From NCBI RefSeq assembly GCF_006345805.1, contig NW_021835896.1, forward strand, positions 1 to 37,640: a stretch of DNA of 37,640 nt. Direction: 5' to 3'. The stretch comes from Octopus sinensis. Taxonomy: Eukaryota. Shown here in pieces: positions 1 to 12,400 of the stretch. Positions within the stretch are counted from its first letter, which is position 1. Every line of letters begins with the position of its first letter. A program made the translations under genes and the position numbers. Under the pieces are notes generated by a model. It did not search any database. It was not told the DNA's origin and worked only from the letters and a program-made list of their open reading frames with translations.

Positions 1-21
1 ACAATATATATTATATATATA

Positions 22-70
<49 letters not shown>

Positions 71-80
71 ATATATATAT

Positions 81-250
81 AGTTAATCAAAACATGAAAG
101 CACAAAAAAAAAACAACAACGCGAGGACGTGGAACAAATATAGTATTATTGGACGCTCAGGAAAGAAGGGAAGAAGGAGGGTTTAACGTTTCGAGCGGAG
201 CTCTTCGTCGGAAACATAGGAGAAGGAAAGATCTAGAGAAGGGAAGATAC
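81..250 (-). mobile_element. Non-coding Penelope-type terminal repeat (pLTR-like) fragment, copy 1, with minimal hammerhead-like motif
   Basis: Nearly identical to 11161-11338 (inverted) and 11867-12066. Sits in a (TA)n tract. Contains the ribozyme-like motif at 181-215. Confidence 0.6.
181..215 (-). ncRNA. Minimal type I hammerhead-like motif (variant core CCGACGA)
   Basis: Minus strand reads GTTT CCGACGA A GAGC TCC GCTC GAAAC GTT AAAC: stem I 4 bp, stem II 4 bp, palindromic stem III (AACGTT). Confidence 0.5.
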
Positions 251-527
251 ATAAATATATATACACAGGTCTACATCCACTTATGTCGCTCGCTCTCCCC
301 CTCTCTCTCCTTTTATCTACACACACGCACACACACACATATATATCTGTATATATGTATGTATTCAAAGACAGCCACGCACACACTAATAACTACACCT
401 ACTTCACACACATACAGGCATTATGAAACTAAAATACATGATAGGAATATAGAGTTCGGAAAATATACATGCATGCATACATACATACATACATACATAC
501 ACACACACACGCACGCACACACACACA

Positions 528-571
<44 letters not shown>

Positions 572-1102
572 CATATGTACATATGTATGTATGTATGTAT
601 TACGTATATGTATATGCATATATATATATATGTATGTATATATATATTTACATTTGTGTATGTGTGTGTGTGAGAGAGAGCATACTAACACATACACATA
701 TACACACACATATATGCATGCATACGCTGAAGCAATGACGGATCGCATTGACGGGTCAATACGATATGTTGACATTATAACAATATAAAAACGTGGCGTC
801 GTATGTATAGTTGCTGTAGTGGCCATTGGCCAGATATTACAGCGCAGAGAAGGCATAGAACTGTTATGAAAAGAGCTGTCTTTCAACGCTTTTATAAAGA
901 CCTCAAAAAGCTGCTGTTGGTTATACATACATCATGCTGGCTGGCTACCTGATAATCATGTTGATTCATCAGGTGATTGATAAACAGTGGAAGGTATAGA
1001 GGATGGCATGGAACGCAGACTGAATATTAAAAAAAAAACTAGACTTTCATTAGAGATATATTTCTCTAAGAAAGTGTTGTGGTGTATTTACTAACCTAGG
1101 CG

Positions 1103-1260
1103 TGAGAGTGGCTGTGTGGTAAGAAGTTTGCTTCCCCAACATATGTTTCCGGGTTCAATCCCATTGCGTGGCACACTTTGGGCAAGTGTGTTCTTCAATA
1201 GCCTAGGACCGACAAGATCTTTGTGAGTGGATTTGGTTGACTGAAAAAGCCCGCCGTATA
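1103..1260 (+). mobile_element. SINE family A, 5' half
   Basis: tRNA-like head GAGTGGCTGTGTGGTAAG...GGGTTCAATCCC, then CTTTGGGCAAGTGT body. Matches other copies in the window. Confidence 0.85.
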
Positions 1261-1284
1261 TACGCACACACACAAACACATTTG

Positions 1285-1359
<75 letters not shown>

Positions 1360-1391
1360 ACATACATACATAATACATACATACCACACAC

Positions 1392-1424
<33 letters not shown>

Positions 1425-1470
1425 CAATATAATATTATATATAATATATATATTTATATATATATATATA

Positions 1471-1641
1471 TATTAGAGGGAAAAGGATAACAAAACCAAG
1501 GCAGGGCGAGTATCTCAATTTATATAGAATATTAAATTAGAGTAGGTGAATTTGAGGTAATTAACTAATTAATTAGTTAATGACCCCATGATTTTGAGAT
1601 ACTCGTACTGCCTTGGTTTTGTTGCCTTTCCCCTTCTAATA
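1471..1641. mobile_element. MITE with ~48-bp TIRs in TA context
   Basis: TATTAGAGGGAAAAGG...GAGTATCTCAA is inverted at TTGAGATACTC...CCTTCTAATA. Internal 20-bp perfect palindrome at 1561-1580. Confidence 0.75.
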
Positions 1642-1667
1642 TATAACTGCTAACTAGAAAGCCTTGT

Positions 1668-1948
1668 GGTGCTACATGGCCTAGTAGTTAGAGAAGCGGA
1701 CTCGCGGTCGAGGGATCGCGGGTTCGAATCTCAGACCAGGCGTTGGTGTGTTTATGAGCAGAACACCTAAACTCCACGCGGCTCCGGCAGAAGGTAATGA
1801 CGAACTTCTGCTGACTCTTTCGCCACAACTTTCTCTCACTCTTTCCTCCTACATCTTGCAGCTCACTTGTGACGGACCGGCGTCCCGTCCAGGTGGGGAA
1901 CCGGGAAACCAGCCCTTATGAGCCAGGCATGGCTCGAGAAGGAACAAA
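1668..1948 (+). mobile_element. SINE family C (C' subfamily, tRNA-Arg-like head)
   Basis: A box TGGCCTAGTAG, B box GGTTCGAATC. Body shared with 2399-2671. Confidence 0.85.
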
Positions 1949-2099
1949 GCCTACTACGGATCTTCAGATTCAGCCCCAGCTGTGAACTTGGAACCTAACA
2001 GTTGACCAATTATAAGCATTTACACAACGTACCTATTCGTTTAGATCACCAGTGAACTAAACCTCTCATATTCTGTGTGTGAATGCGTACGTGTGCGCG

Positions 2100-2275
2100 C
2101 GTGTTTCTCCCCACCCACTCGATAACCAATGCTGGTGTGTTTTCGTCACCGTAACTTAGCAGCTCGGTAATAAGGCTTATAATATGTAAGTACTGGGGTC
2201 GATACATTCGACGAAAAATTCCTCAAGGCTGTGCTCCAGCACGGCCGCAATCAAATGACTGCAATAAGTAAAAGA
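2100..2275 (+). mobile_element. SINE family A, 3' half
   Basis: GCTGGTGTGT...GTAACTTAGC...GTGCTCCAGCACGGCCGCAATCAAATGACTG tail. Confidence 0.75.
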
Positions 2276-2398
2276 TACTGCAATCACTTGGAAAGAAGAT
2301 ACATATATCTTGGTTCCTGGTTGCTCAAATCACATCCATTTGTCCCGAGGAAAGGGAGGACGTGTTAAATCATATTTTCAGTATACTGTATTTCTAGT

Positions 2399-2671
2399 GG
2401 AGGCACATGGCCTAGTGGTTAGAGTAGCGGGCTCACAGTTGAGATTCACTGGTTCGAATCTCAGACCGGGCGATGTGTGTGTTTATGAACGAAACACCTA
2501 AGCTCCACGCGGCTCCGGCAGAAGGTAATGGCGAATTCTCTCACTCTTTCCTCCTGCAACTTGCAGCTCACCTGCGAAGGACCGGCGTACCGTCCAGGTG
2601 GGGAACCTATACGCCAAGGAAACTGGGAAACCGGCCCTTATGAGCCAGGCATGATTAGTGGAGGAACAAAC
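2399..2671 (+). mobile_element. SINE family C (C' subfamily)
   Basis: GGAGGCACATGGCCTAGTGG...GGTTCGAATC head. Colinear with 1668-1948. Confidence 0.85.
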
Positions 2672-2709
2672 ATATATATATGTGTGTGTGTGTGTATGTA
2701 TTTATGTAT

Positions 2710-2992
2710 GAGCAAGACACTTGTTGTGTTCTTGAGCAAGACACTTTATTTCACGTTGCTCCAGTTCACTCAGCTGTAGAAATGAGTTGCGACGTCACAG
2801 GTGCCAAGCTGTATCGGCCCTTGCCTTTCCCTTGGACAACATCGGTGACGTGGAGAGGGGAGGCCGGTATGCATGGGCGACTGCTGGTATTCCATAAAAA
2901 AAGAAAAAACCCTTGCCCAGACTTGTGCCTCAGAGGGTAACTCTCTAGGTGCAAACCCATGGTCAGTGTCTGACCGAGAAGGGGGTCAACAA
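2710..2992 (+). mobile_element. SINE family D body (V-domain-like CTTGAGCAAGACACT core)
   Basis: GTTCTTGAGCAAGACACTTTATTTCACGTTGCTCCAGTTCACTCAGCTG resembles the V-type SINE central domain. A related head lies at 23390-23546 on the minus strand. Confidence 0.6.
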
Positions 2993-3004
2993 TAAGTATA
3001 TATG

Positions 3005-3146
<142 letters not shown>

Positions 3147-3645
3147 GTATGCGTATACATGTATGTGTACAACTTAACTGTCATTCTGTCTATCCATAAA
3201 AAGTGGCGTGCTCCGATTCGATATGCGTCGTTCCTTAATTGGTTACCTTCAGTGAAATCCTCGCCCCTATCTCTCACTCAGTAAACACACATGTATATAT
3301 ATATATATATATGCATATACGTATATATGGTTATACATATTTATATATACACAGGCATAAACACAACACACATATATCAGTGTGTGTAAACATATATATA
3401 TATCGATATATGCAAATAGGCATTTATATGTATGTATACTTATGTACATACGTAAACACACTCACACACATAAACACAACACACACACAGACGCGCACAC
3501 GTATCTACGAAAAGATATACACATGCATATATAATACACACCACACACACACACATATATATATATATGTTACATGAACACACATGCATGTATATGTTTG
3601 CATATATATATATGCAATATATATATTATATATATATAATATATA

Positions 3646-3719
<74 letters not shown>

Positions 3720-3761
3720 ATGATAAATATCAATGTGAGTTATATACAGTAGCGGTAACAC

Positions 3762-4019
3762 AAACGTGACGTATTTTTGCCATTTCAATATGGCTAACCC
3801 TAAGGGTGGATGCTACTGTAGTTTTTAGCCCCAGGAGGACACAACTCCTCCAGCTGGCCATAGACACACTTTCTGTGTCCTGTCAGTATTTGCAAAGGGG
3901 AGGACACAGAAAGGTGTGTCTATGGCCAGCTGGAGGAGTGTGTCCTCCTGGGGCTAAAAACTACAGTAGCATCCATCCTTAGGGGTTAGCCATATGAAAT
4001 GGCAAAATACGTCACGTTT
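3762..4019. mobile_element. Foldback element/MITE, ~120-bp inverted arms around a ~19-nt loop
   Basis: AAACGTGACGTA...TTTCTGTGTCCT is inverted as AGGACACAGAAAG...TACGTCACGTTT, with only a few indels. Confidence 0.85.
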
Positions 4020-4031
4020 ATATATATATCT

Positions 4032-4142
<111 letters not shown>

Positions 4143-4262
4143 GGTATATAATATATGCGCATCTACCAAATATTTGTAATGAAATTTCATTTATCAATTC
4201 CAGTTGAAAAGATTGTTTGCTTCACAGATGTGATATATACATATCTGAACATATATAAATAC

Positions 4263-4311
<49 letters not shown>

Positions 4312-4903
4312 TGTACGCCTGCATGAGCGCATAAGATCGAACGTAGAAACGCACGTGAGAAAGAGATAGATAGAGAGATAGAGAGAATGGGAGAGAGGAG
4401 AGAGAGAGGGAGAGAGTAAGAAAGATGGAGAGCGTGACATTCATTATCTGTATATATTTTCATCTCTGCTGCATATTTAAACAACGTTCGACGGCATCCG
4501 ATGCTTGTCTTCTCACAAATTCATTGTTCTCAAGTAAGTTATTCACAGCCGCACGTTTTTCTCCCCTTCATACACGTTGAATCCATCCATACTAGATCTT
4601 ATCTTTCAAACTGTAACAACCTATTCTGCTCCAGTAGTTCACTTAGAGCCAACAACCACTGTAGATTTTCATGAATATATTCATACCGAAGAATACAATG
4701 GAGGTTTATTTCCTTTAATTTCTATAGGCTTCGCCGTAATACGAATACCAAAGTAAGGTTCCACGAGAACAATGTATAGGTGATGTATGCTTGTATTTAA
4801 TATTCTTAGCAGTTGTAAATTCTCACTTATCTATCTCACCTTTACACACATGTATACACATGCATATATACATAAATACATACATACAAACATGTATATA
4901 TAT

Positions 4904-4937
<34 letters not shown>

Positions 4938-5019
4938 ATTATATATATATATATATATATAATAATATATATATGGATGCATGTGTGTAGATATATGTGT
5001 GTATGTGTGTGCGTGTGTT

Positions 5020-5176
5020 GGCATGTCTATATGTGCTAAGAAGTATCTTCCAAAACACATGGTTACTGGTTCAATCCCCATGCGTGGAACCTTGGGCAAG
5101 TGTCTTCTACTATAATCTAGGGCCAACGAAAGACTTGTCAGAAGATTTGGTAGATGGGAACTGAAAGAAGCCTGTC

Positions 5177-5180
<4 letters not shown>
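5020..5180 (+). mobile_element. SINE family A, degenerate 5' half
   Basis: GGTTCAATCCCCATGCGTGGAACCTTGGGCAAGTGTCTTCTACTAT. Confidence 0.75.
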
Positions 5181-5214
<34 letters not shown>

Positions 5215-5248
5215 TTTATAATATATATAATATGGGACAAGAACGCAA

Positions 5249-5392
5249 AATATCCAGACAGACGATACAAATAAAACAAGGATCGTCGTTCGGAGTTTTC
5301 TTTCCTTTGCAAAGATAATCTGGAACACGACTGAGGAAAGAGAACTCCGAATGACCCGGCCTTGTTTTCTTTGTATCGTCTGTCTGGATGTT
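5249..5392. mobile_element. Short foldback element with ~56-bp inverted arms
   Basis: ATCCAGACAGACGATACAAA...CGGAGTTTTCTTTCCT pairs with AGGAAAGAGAACTCCG...TTTGTATCGTCTGTCTGGAT. Confidence 0.7.
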
Positions 5393-5730
5393 AGTCGGAC
5401 AAATCGACCCTAGGGCTTATTTTTTTCAAGTGTAGTACATTTTACCGAACTGCTAAGTTATGGGGACGTAATCACACCAACACCAGTTGTCAAGCATTGA
5501 TGAGGGAAGGACAATCACAGACACAGAGACTCACACACAGATATATACATACATATATGCACTATACGATGGCCTTCTTTCAGTTTCCGTCTAACAAATC
5601 CACTGAGAAAGCTATGGTTGGCCCGACGCTATAGCAGAAGATAATCGGCCAAGGTGTCATGCGGTGGGACTGAACCCGGTAATATGTGGTTGGGAAGCAA
5701 GCCTCTAACCCCACAGCCACACTTGCGCCT
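5393..5730 (-). mobile_element. SINE family A, 3'-end truncated
   Basis: Reverse complement of the family A head, body and most of the tail. Confidence 0.8.
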
Positions 5731-5775
5731 TTAACTAACGAAGTGTATTTCTGAAATATTCTTTCTTTTTCTTTT

Positions 5776-6204
5776 TCTTTTACTTGTTTCAGTCATTTTG
5801 ACCGCGGCCATGCTGGAGCACCGCCTTTAGTCGAGCAAATCGACTCCAGCACTTATTCTTTGTAAGCCTAATACTTATTCGATCGGTCTCTTTTGTCAAA
5901 CCTCTAAGTTACGGAGACATAAACACATCAGCATCGGTTGTCAAGCGATGTTGAGCGGACAAACACCGACACACAAAAATATATACACACACACACGCAC
6001 GCACACACACACTCACACACACACACACACGTACATATATATGACGGGCTTCTTTCAGTTTCCGTCTACCAAATCCACTCACAAGGCTTTGGTCGGCCCG
6101 AGGCTATAGTAGAAGACACTTGCCCAAGGTGCCACGCAGTGGGACTGAACCCTTGACTATGTGGTTGGTGAGCAAGCTACTTACCACACATCCACTCCTG
6201 CGCC
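5776..6204 (-). mobile_element. SINE family A, full length
   Basis: From TACTTGTTTCAGTCATT (tail) to CCACTCCTGCGCC (head), with an internal (CA)n. Confidence 0.9.
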
Positions 6205-6434
6205 TGTATTGGTTATGATTAAAGTATATTTCATCGTATTAATGAAAGAAAATTCAAAACCGTAATTACTTCTGGTGTTACATGATGTTTCGAAATGAAA
6301 GACTCTCGTGTAAAAATGCTTGGTAACATATTTTGTATTTTGTTTCAATAATACTAATGTAGGACAACATTGAGCAAAAGTTTGGAGAAATCTCTGGCCT
6401 TCTCGTCCTCCATTTTCTTATCATATTTACCGAT

Positions 6435-6813
6435 ATAACCGTTATCATCATCATCATCATCACTGTCATCGTCGTCGTCGGCGTCGTCGGCGTCGCTGTT
6501 GTCACCATCTTTATTATCACATTCGCCACCATCACCACCACCACCACCACCATCATCAACGTTATCATCGTTATGTTCCTTCTCGCCGTCTTCCTCACCG
6601 TGACCATCATCACCGTCCTCCTCCTTCTCATCATCATCAGTATCATCATCATCATCACCACCATCATCATCATCATCATCATCATCGTTACGTTACTTCT
6701 CGTCGTCTTCTTCACCGTCGTCATCATCGTTTTCATCATTAGTATCGTCGTCGTGATCATCACCACCACCACCATCATCATCACCACCACCGTCATCATC
6801 ACCACCACCACCG

Positions 6814-6844
<31 letters not shown>

Positions 6845-6847
6845 ATC

Positions 6848-6879
<32 letters not shown>

Positions 6880-6940
6880 CAACCCCTGCCCTTCCTCCTC
6901 ACTATCACCATCATCGCCATCATCATCATCATCATCATTT
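6435..6940. repeat. Degenerate (CAT)n/(CAC)n/(CGT)n trinucleotide tract
   Basis: Visible directly. Produces the poly-I/poly-M ORFs. Confidence 0.9.
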
Positions 6941-7384
6941 TCAATTTCTGCCTTTTTTTTGTTTGTTTATTTCTTTTTTTTACACTTACCATTCTATCGT
7001 GTTGACAGTGTTAAAATATCTCTTTCATGTTCCAAATGACTTCAGCGTTTGTGGTTTCCTAATTGCGGTATGTTTTTCCCGATCAGGTTTAATTACGAGT
7101 TTTTCAAGCAGTCCACCGCCACTCCCCTAAACCTCCCCGTGCCCCATAAACCGCCTAAAATGAGGACGATGGTTGTTGATATTGTTGTTGTAGACTTTGC
7201 TGTTTATTTTCTTGCTGTTTTCTCGTTTCTCTTTTACAGTTTCATTATTTTCTTTTTATTAGTATTCCTTATGAAAATTTATATTTCTCCTTATTTCGGT
7301 TTGCCTAATTTAGATCTTATTTTATACATTGTCATTTTATTATTTAATTCTCAATTAAAAAAATATATTATGATTACTAGCATT

Positions 7385-7701
7385 ATTATTAAAATCTTCT
7401 TCATCATCACCATCATCATCATCATTATCATCACCATCATTCTCAACATCATCATCATTACCATCATCATAACCATCATCACCATCATCATCATCATCAT
7501 CATCATTAAAATCATCATCATCATTACCATCTTCCTCCTTCTCCTCCTCCTCCTCCTCATCATCACCACCATCGTCATCATCATCCTCGTCATCACCATC
7601 ATCCTCGTCATCACCATCATCCTCATCATCGCCATTAAAATAACATTTGTAATTAAAAATTTTATTAGTAGTAGTAGTAATACTTTTTAAGATTATTATT
7701 A

Positions 7702-7733
<32 letters not shown>

Positions 7734-7734
7734 C

Positions 7735-7785
<51 letters not shown>

Positions 7786-7970
7786 ATTATTATTATTATT
7801 ATCATTATTATTATTATCATTATTATTATTGTTATTATTATTATATTATTATTATTATTATATTATTATTATTATTATTAAAGTAATGATTATGATTATA
7901 ATTGAAATTATTATTATTGGCAATATTATTATTCGTAGTTGTAGTAACAATTTTTAATTATTGATGTTAC

Positions 7971-8013
<43 letters not shown>

Positions 8014-8055
8014 TTATTATTATTATTATTAATATTATTATTTTATTATTATTAT
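7385..8055. repeat. (CAT)n tract followed by (TTA)n tract
   Basis: Visible directly. Confidence 0.9.
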
Positions 8056-8693
8056 TGCAGTCCCTTTTCTTTTTCGTTGTTTATGCATATAATTCACTTT
8101 GATATCTGTCATCATGTAGAGTCGAAGAGACTGGGCGGTGTGCAAAAAAAAAAAGGAAAACGCAATAAATTAAAAGAAAAAAACTTAATCAACACCTTTA
8201 TGTAAAACAACAAACCATCGAAGAATTTAAAGAAAAAATAATTTTCTAAAAATATATAAAAATGCGTGTTATTTTCGCCTCCATCATCCACTTCGTAACT
8301 TTCCAGCCGCAAAACTCATTAGAGATGCGAAGTACTTAAATCTATAACACCTCAAGCATTTCATAAGAATGTTGAAACAATGGCTGGGCTTCACAGAAAC
8401 AGACAGCCTTTTCAGAGAGAGAGACATACGAAATATACACACACACACATATACACGCATATATATATATATATACATATACATATGTATATATGTATGT
8501 ATATACATATATACATGTATGTATATATTCATGTATACATATGTATGTATATACATATATACATATGTATGTATATAGATATATACATGTGTGTATATAT
8601 GCATATATACATATGCATGTATATACATAAATACATATGTATGTACATATATACATATATATATATGTGTGTATATACATATATATACATATG

Positions 8694-8726
<33 letters not shown>

Positions 8727-8870
8727 GCATAAATAGATAAATGTATGCATATATACATATATGTATGCGTGTATATGTGTATATATATGTATATGTTTGG
8801 TAATGCAAAGGGGTAAAATAGAACTGAAAACATGAGTATATAAGTGTCTGTCTGGCTGTCTGTCTGTCTG

Positions 8871-8901
<31 letters not shown>

Positions 8902-9327
8902 GTATATTTAATATTTGGTGAATGCAACAGAGTGGCTGAAAGACTCAACATTTCGTACACTGAAGTGCTAATGCGCGAAACTGTACTTCCTCGAGTCACT
9001 GTTATTTGAGCCAAATTTTTACAAAAGTTTACATTCACACACACACATGCATATGTGTGTGTGTGTGTGTGTGTGTGTGTATCAGTTATTTCTAAGGATC
9101 CCTTAAGAATCCAATCACATCCACATAGAAGATGCCAGAAATAGTTAGGTACAAACACATGGAGCTCACGCTGAAATAAAACACTAGATTGCAAGCGCTG
9201 GTAGGATACCGTAGAAATGCAAAGATTCTAACTTTGGTGGGATTTGATCTCAGAGAGGAAATTTAGAAAATGAAACATGCTAAAGATATTGCTCGCTATT
9301 TTTTTGCTATTGTTAAGCATAATAATT

Positions 9328-9781
9328 ACATTCATGTTACATTCATGTTGCATTCATGTTGCATTCATGTTGCATTCATATTACCATTCATGTTGCATTC
9401 ATAATAGCATTCATATTAGCATTCATATTAGCATTCATATTGCAGTCATATTAGCATTCATGTTGTATTCATATTGCATTCATATTAGCATTCATGTTGC
9501 ATTCATATTAGCATTCATATTGCATTCATATTAGCAATCATGATACATTCATATTAGCATTCATATTTGCATTCATGTTGCATTCATATTGTATTCATAT
9601 TAGCATTCATGTTGTATTCATATTAGCATTCATACTAACATTCATGTGGCATTCATATTAGCATTCATATTAGCATTTATGCTGCATTCATATTAGCATT
9701 CATGTTGCATTCATATTAGCATTCATGTTGCATTCATATTGGCATTCATATTAGAATTCATGTTGCATTCATATTGCATTC
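9328..9781. repeat. Minisatellite of interspersed 11/12-bp units GCATTCATGTT / GCATTCATATT(A)
   Basis: About 40 units of a CATTCA core, visible directly. Confidence 0.9.
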
Positions 9782-10309
9782 AGCTGGAACCCACGTCGTC
9801 TTACCCGACGGAGTGCCAATATCGTACACTTGGTAATATCGAGTTCCAGCATTTGATAAGTGCTTTATTTATCGAACTCAGACATCAGAAGGGATTTAGA
9901 TGAAAACTTGAACCCATGACTTAAAAATACTGCAAAATGATACCGCAGCACATTTTGTCCTTCGATTTAGCGATTTCATCAAACCACATTGATGTGTGCT
10001 TGTTAACACTTTCGTTCTTAACACCTCTGCTGCAATGTGAAAACAGGGAACGAAATGCATACACTTATATAGCGGAAAAGAACTTCCATTGCGTCCATGA
10101 AAGGCAACTTCAAAGATAGATTTAAAATTTTTTATCACCTACGAACCTCCATAGTTGATTTGACGCTCAACTGAAAAATCCTTCTTAATGGAACGAAATA
10201 CATCAATGAATACATCAATAAATAAATATTGAAATAAATAAGGCAAGGAAGATTAAATTTTCAATAACATGGTATGAAATAACAAAAAAGGAATGACGCG
10301 TCAGTGTGA

Positions 10310-10730
10310 GATTGAGAGAGGGAAAGGGAGAGAGAGAAAGAGAAAGAGGTAGAGAGATAGAGAGACAGAAACAGAGACAGAGACAGAAAAAGAGAGAGGC
10401 AGGTGGGAGAGAGGGAGAAAGAGAGACAGGCGCAATATGAAGGAAATAGGAAGGAAAATGAGGGAGATAGATAAATGGATAGAGAGAGAGAGAGAGGGGG
10501 AGGAGAAACTGAGACAGAGAAAGAGAGAGACAAGTGGAAGAGAGAGGGAGAGAGTAAAAGAAAGAGAAGCGGGAAAGAGTGAGAGAGAGGGGTGAAATAG
10601 AGAGAGGGGTGAAACAGAGTAGATAGAATTGGAGAGGAAAATGAGGAAGAGAGAAAGAGAGAGAGAAGAGAGAGACAAAGAGGAGAGAAAGACAGAGGAG
10701 AGAAAGGGGAAAGGGAGAAAGAGAGAGAAT
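10310..10730. repeat. GA-rich polypurine low-complexity tract
   Basis: Visible directly. Confidence 0.9.
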
Positions 10731-10966
10731 GATTATTTATTGAACGCCTTGTACGAAAGCAATATGAGGGTGCCAAAATTGCAACAACAACAAATATTAC
10801 AATTAAAAAAATAACGAAAAATCTAATCTAACAAAAAAAAAAAACCTCTTCTCACTCCCTTCTGCGTAATATAGAATGAATGTTGTTATAATGTAATACA
10901 GAAAAAAATTTAAACTGACGATCACGTAATCATATACAGAAACGTTTATAAATTGTACTCACGGAC

Positions 10967-11004
<38 letters not shown>

Positions 11005-11160
11005 TAATCACTAATTGTAAGAGTGCTCGCACATACACACACACGCTCACAGATACAACACGCACATTCATACATACATACATATATATAATATATATAT
11101 ATATTATATATATATAGATATATATATATATTATATATATATACATAATATATATATATA

Positions 11161-11338
11161 TTCGTGTGTACCGTTGGCAATTTTTTTTCCTCTGTCTTCT
11201 CTTCTCTGGATCTTTCATTCTCCTATGTTTCCGCCGAAGAGCTCCGCTCGAAACGTTAAACCCTCCTTCTTTCCTTCTTCCCTGAGCGTCCAATAGTACT
11301 ATATTTGTTCCACGTCCTCGCGTGGTTGTGTGTTTTTT
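11161..11338 (+). mobile_element. Penelope-type pLTR-like fragment, copy 2 (hammerhead-like motif 11227-11261, core mutated to CCGCCGA)
   Basis: Reverse complement of copies 1 and 3. Confidence 0.6.
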
Positions 11339-11723
11339 TTTTTTTTTTGTGGGCTTTCTTGTTGGAAACTTTATATACATACATACATACATACATACAT
11401 ACATACATACATACATACATACATTAATTCCTCTAGTTCTGGTCTGGCGACCCTCCATGTTTGTTTTCGTTCGGTTTCCTTGTATGTTTCCGCCGTCATG
11501 TTTTTTGTTCCTTATTTTGACCCTCCATAAATCCTAAATGTTATTCTAGACAGTGAGCAACTGTCTTTGAAGACTCATATTGTCGTTTTAGATGCTCGAA
11601 ATGAGGAGTAGACAACTAATGAATGGTCCTTTCTCTGTGTTTAATTGTCCTGTTTTCTTTTTTCTCGTTTTTTCAACGTATGTAACTCGTTTGTTTACGT
11701 ATTTCATGTTATTGCACCATATA

Positions 11724-11856
<133 letters not shown>

Positions 11857-11866
11857 TATATATATA

Positions 11867-12066
11867 AAGTTAATCCAAACAAGAAAACAGAAAAAAAAAC
11901 ACAACGCGAGGACGTGGAACAAGTATAGTATCATTGGTCGCTCAGGAAAGAAGGGAAGAAGGAGGGTTTAACGTTTCGAGCGGAGCTCTTCGTCGGAAAC
12001 ATAGGAGTAGGAAAGATCCAGAGAAGGGAAGACAGAGGAAAAAAAATCGCCAACAGTACACACGAG
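11867..12066 (-). mobile_element. Penelope-type pLTR-like fragment, copy 3 (hammerhead-like motif 11966-12000)
   Basis: Same orientation as 81-250 and nearly identical to it. Starts at a (TA)n tract. Confidence 0.6.
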
Positions 12067-12400
12067 GTCACATTTTGGGACGCATACTTGCATACATATG
12101 GAGAAACACACAATTTCGCATACTTATATATGCACGATTACTCACACAAACATACACTCATACATTAACAGCGATAAACGGTCATTCACATATATGTAGA
12201 TATAGATATATGTGTGTGTGTGCCCATAAATGCATACATGTACAAGCGCACGTAAGCAGATACACATGCCTACACATATATTTATCCATATACAAAAACA
12301 CATTCAAAGACATTCATACAAACACATACACACATATAAATACAATCATAACCATTTATAGAATTTCATATTTTTATATATGCATCGCACTGAAGAATTT

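Noticed and set aside
1668-1740. tRNA gene calls at SINE heads (also 2399, 12573, 15135)
   Set aside because: A and B boxes are present, but there is no complete cloverleaf or acceptor stem, and each continues into a SINE body.
4480-4720. Possible decayed LINE APE endonuclease on the minus strand (ELLEQNRL..., GEKRAAVNNLLEN)
   Set aside because: Faint resemblance spread over several frames with many stops. Cannot be supported without an HMM search.
6362-6440. Possible exon DNIEQKFGEISGLL after TACTAATGTAG
   Set aside because: No good donor site, it runs into a CAT tract, and no homolog was recognised.
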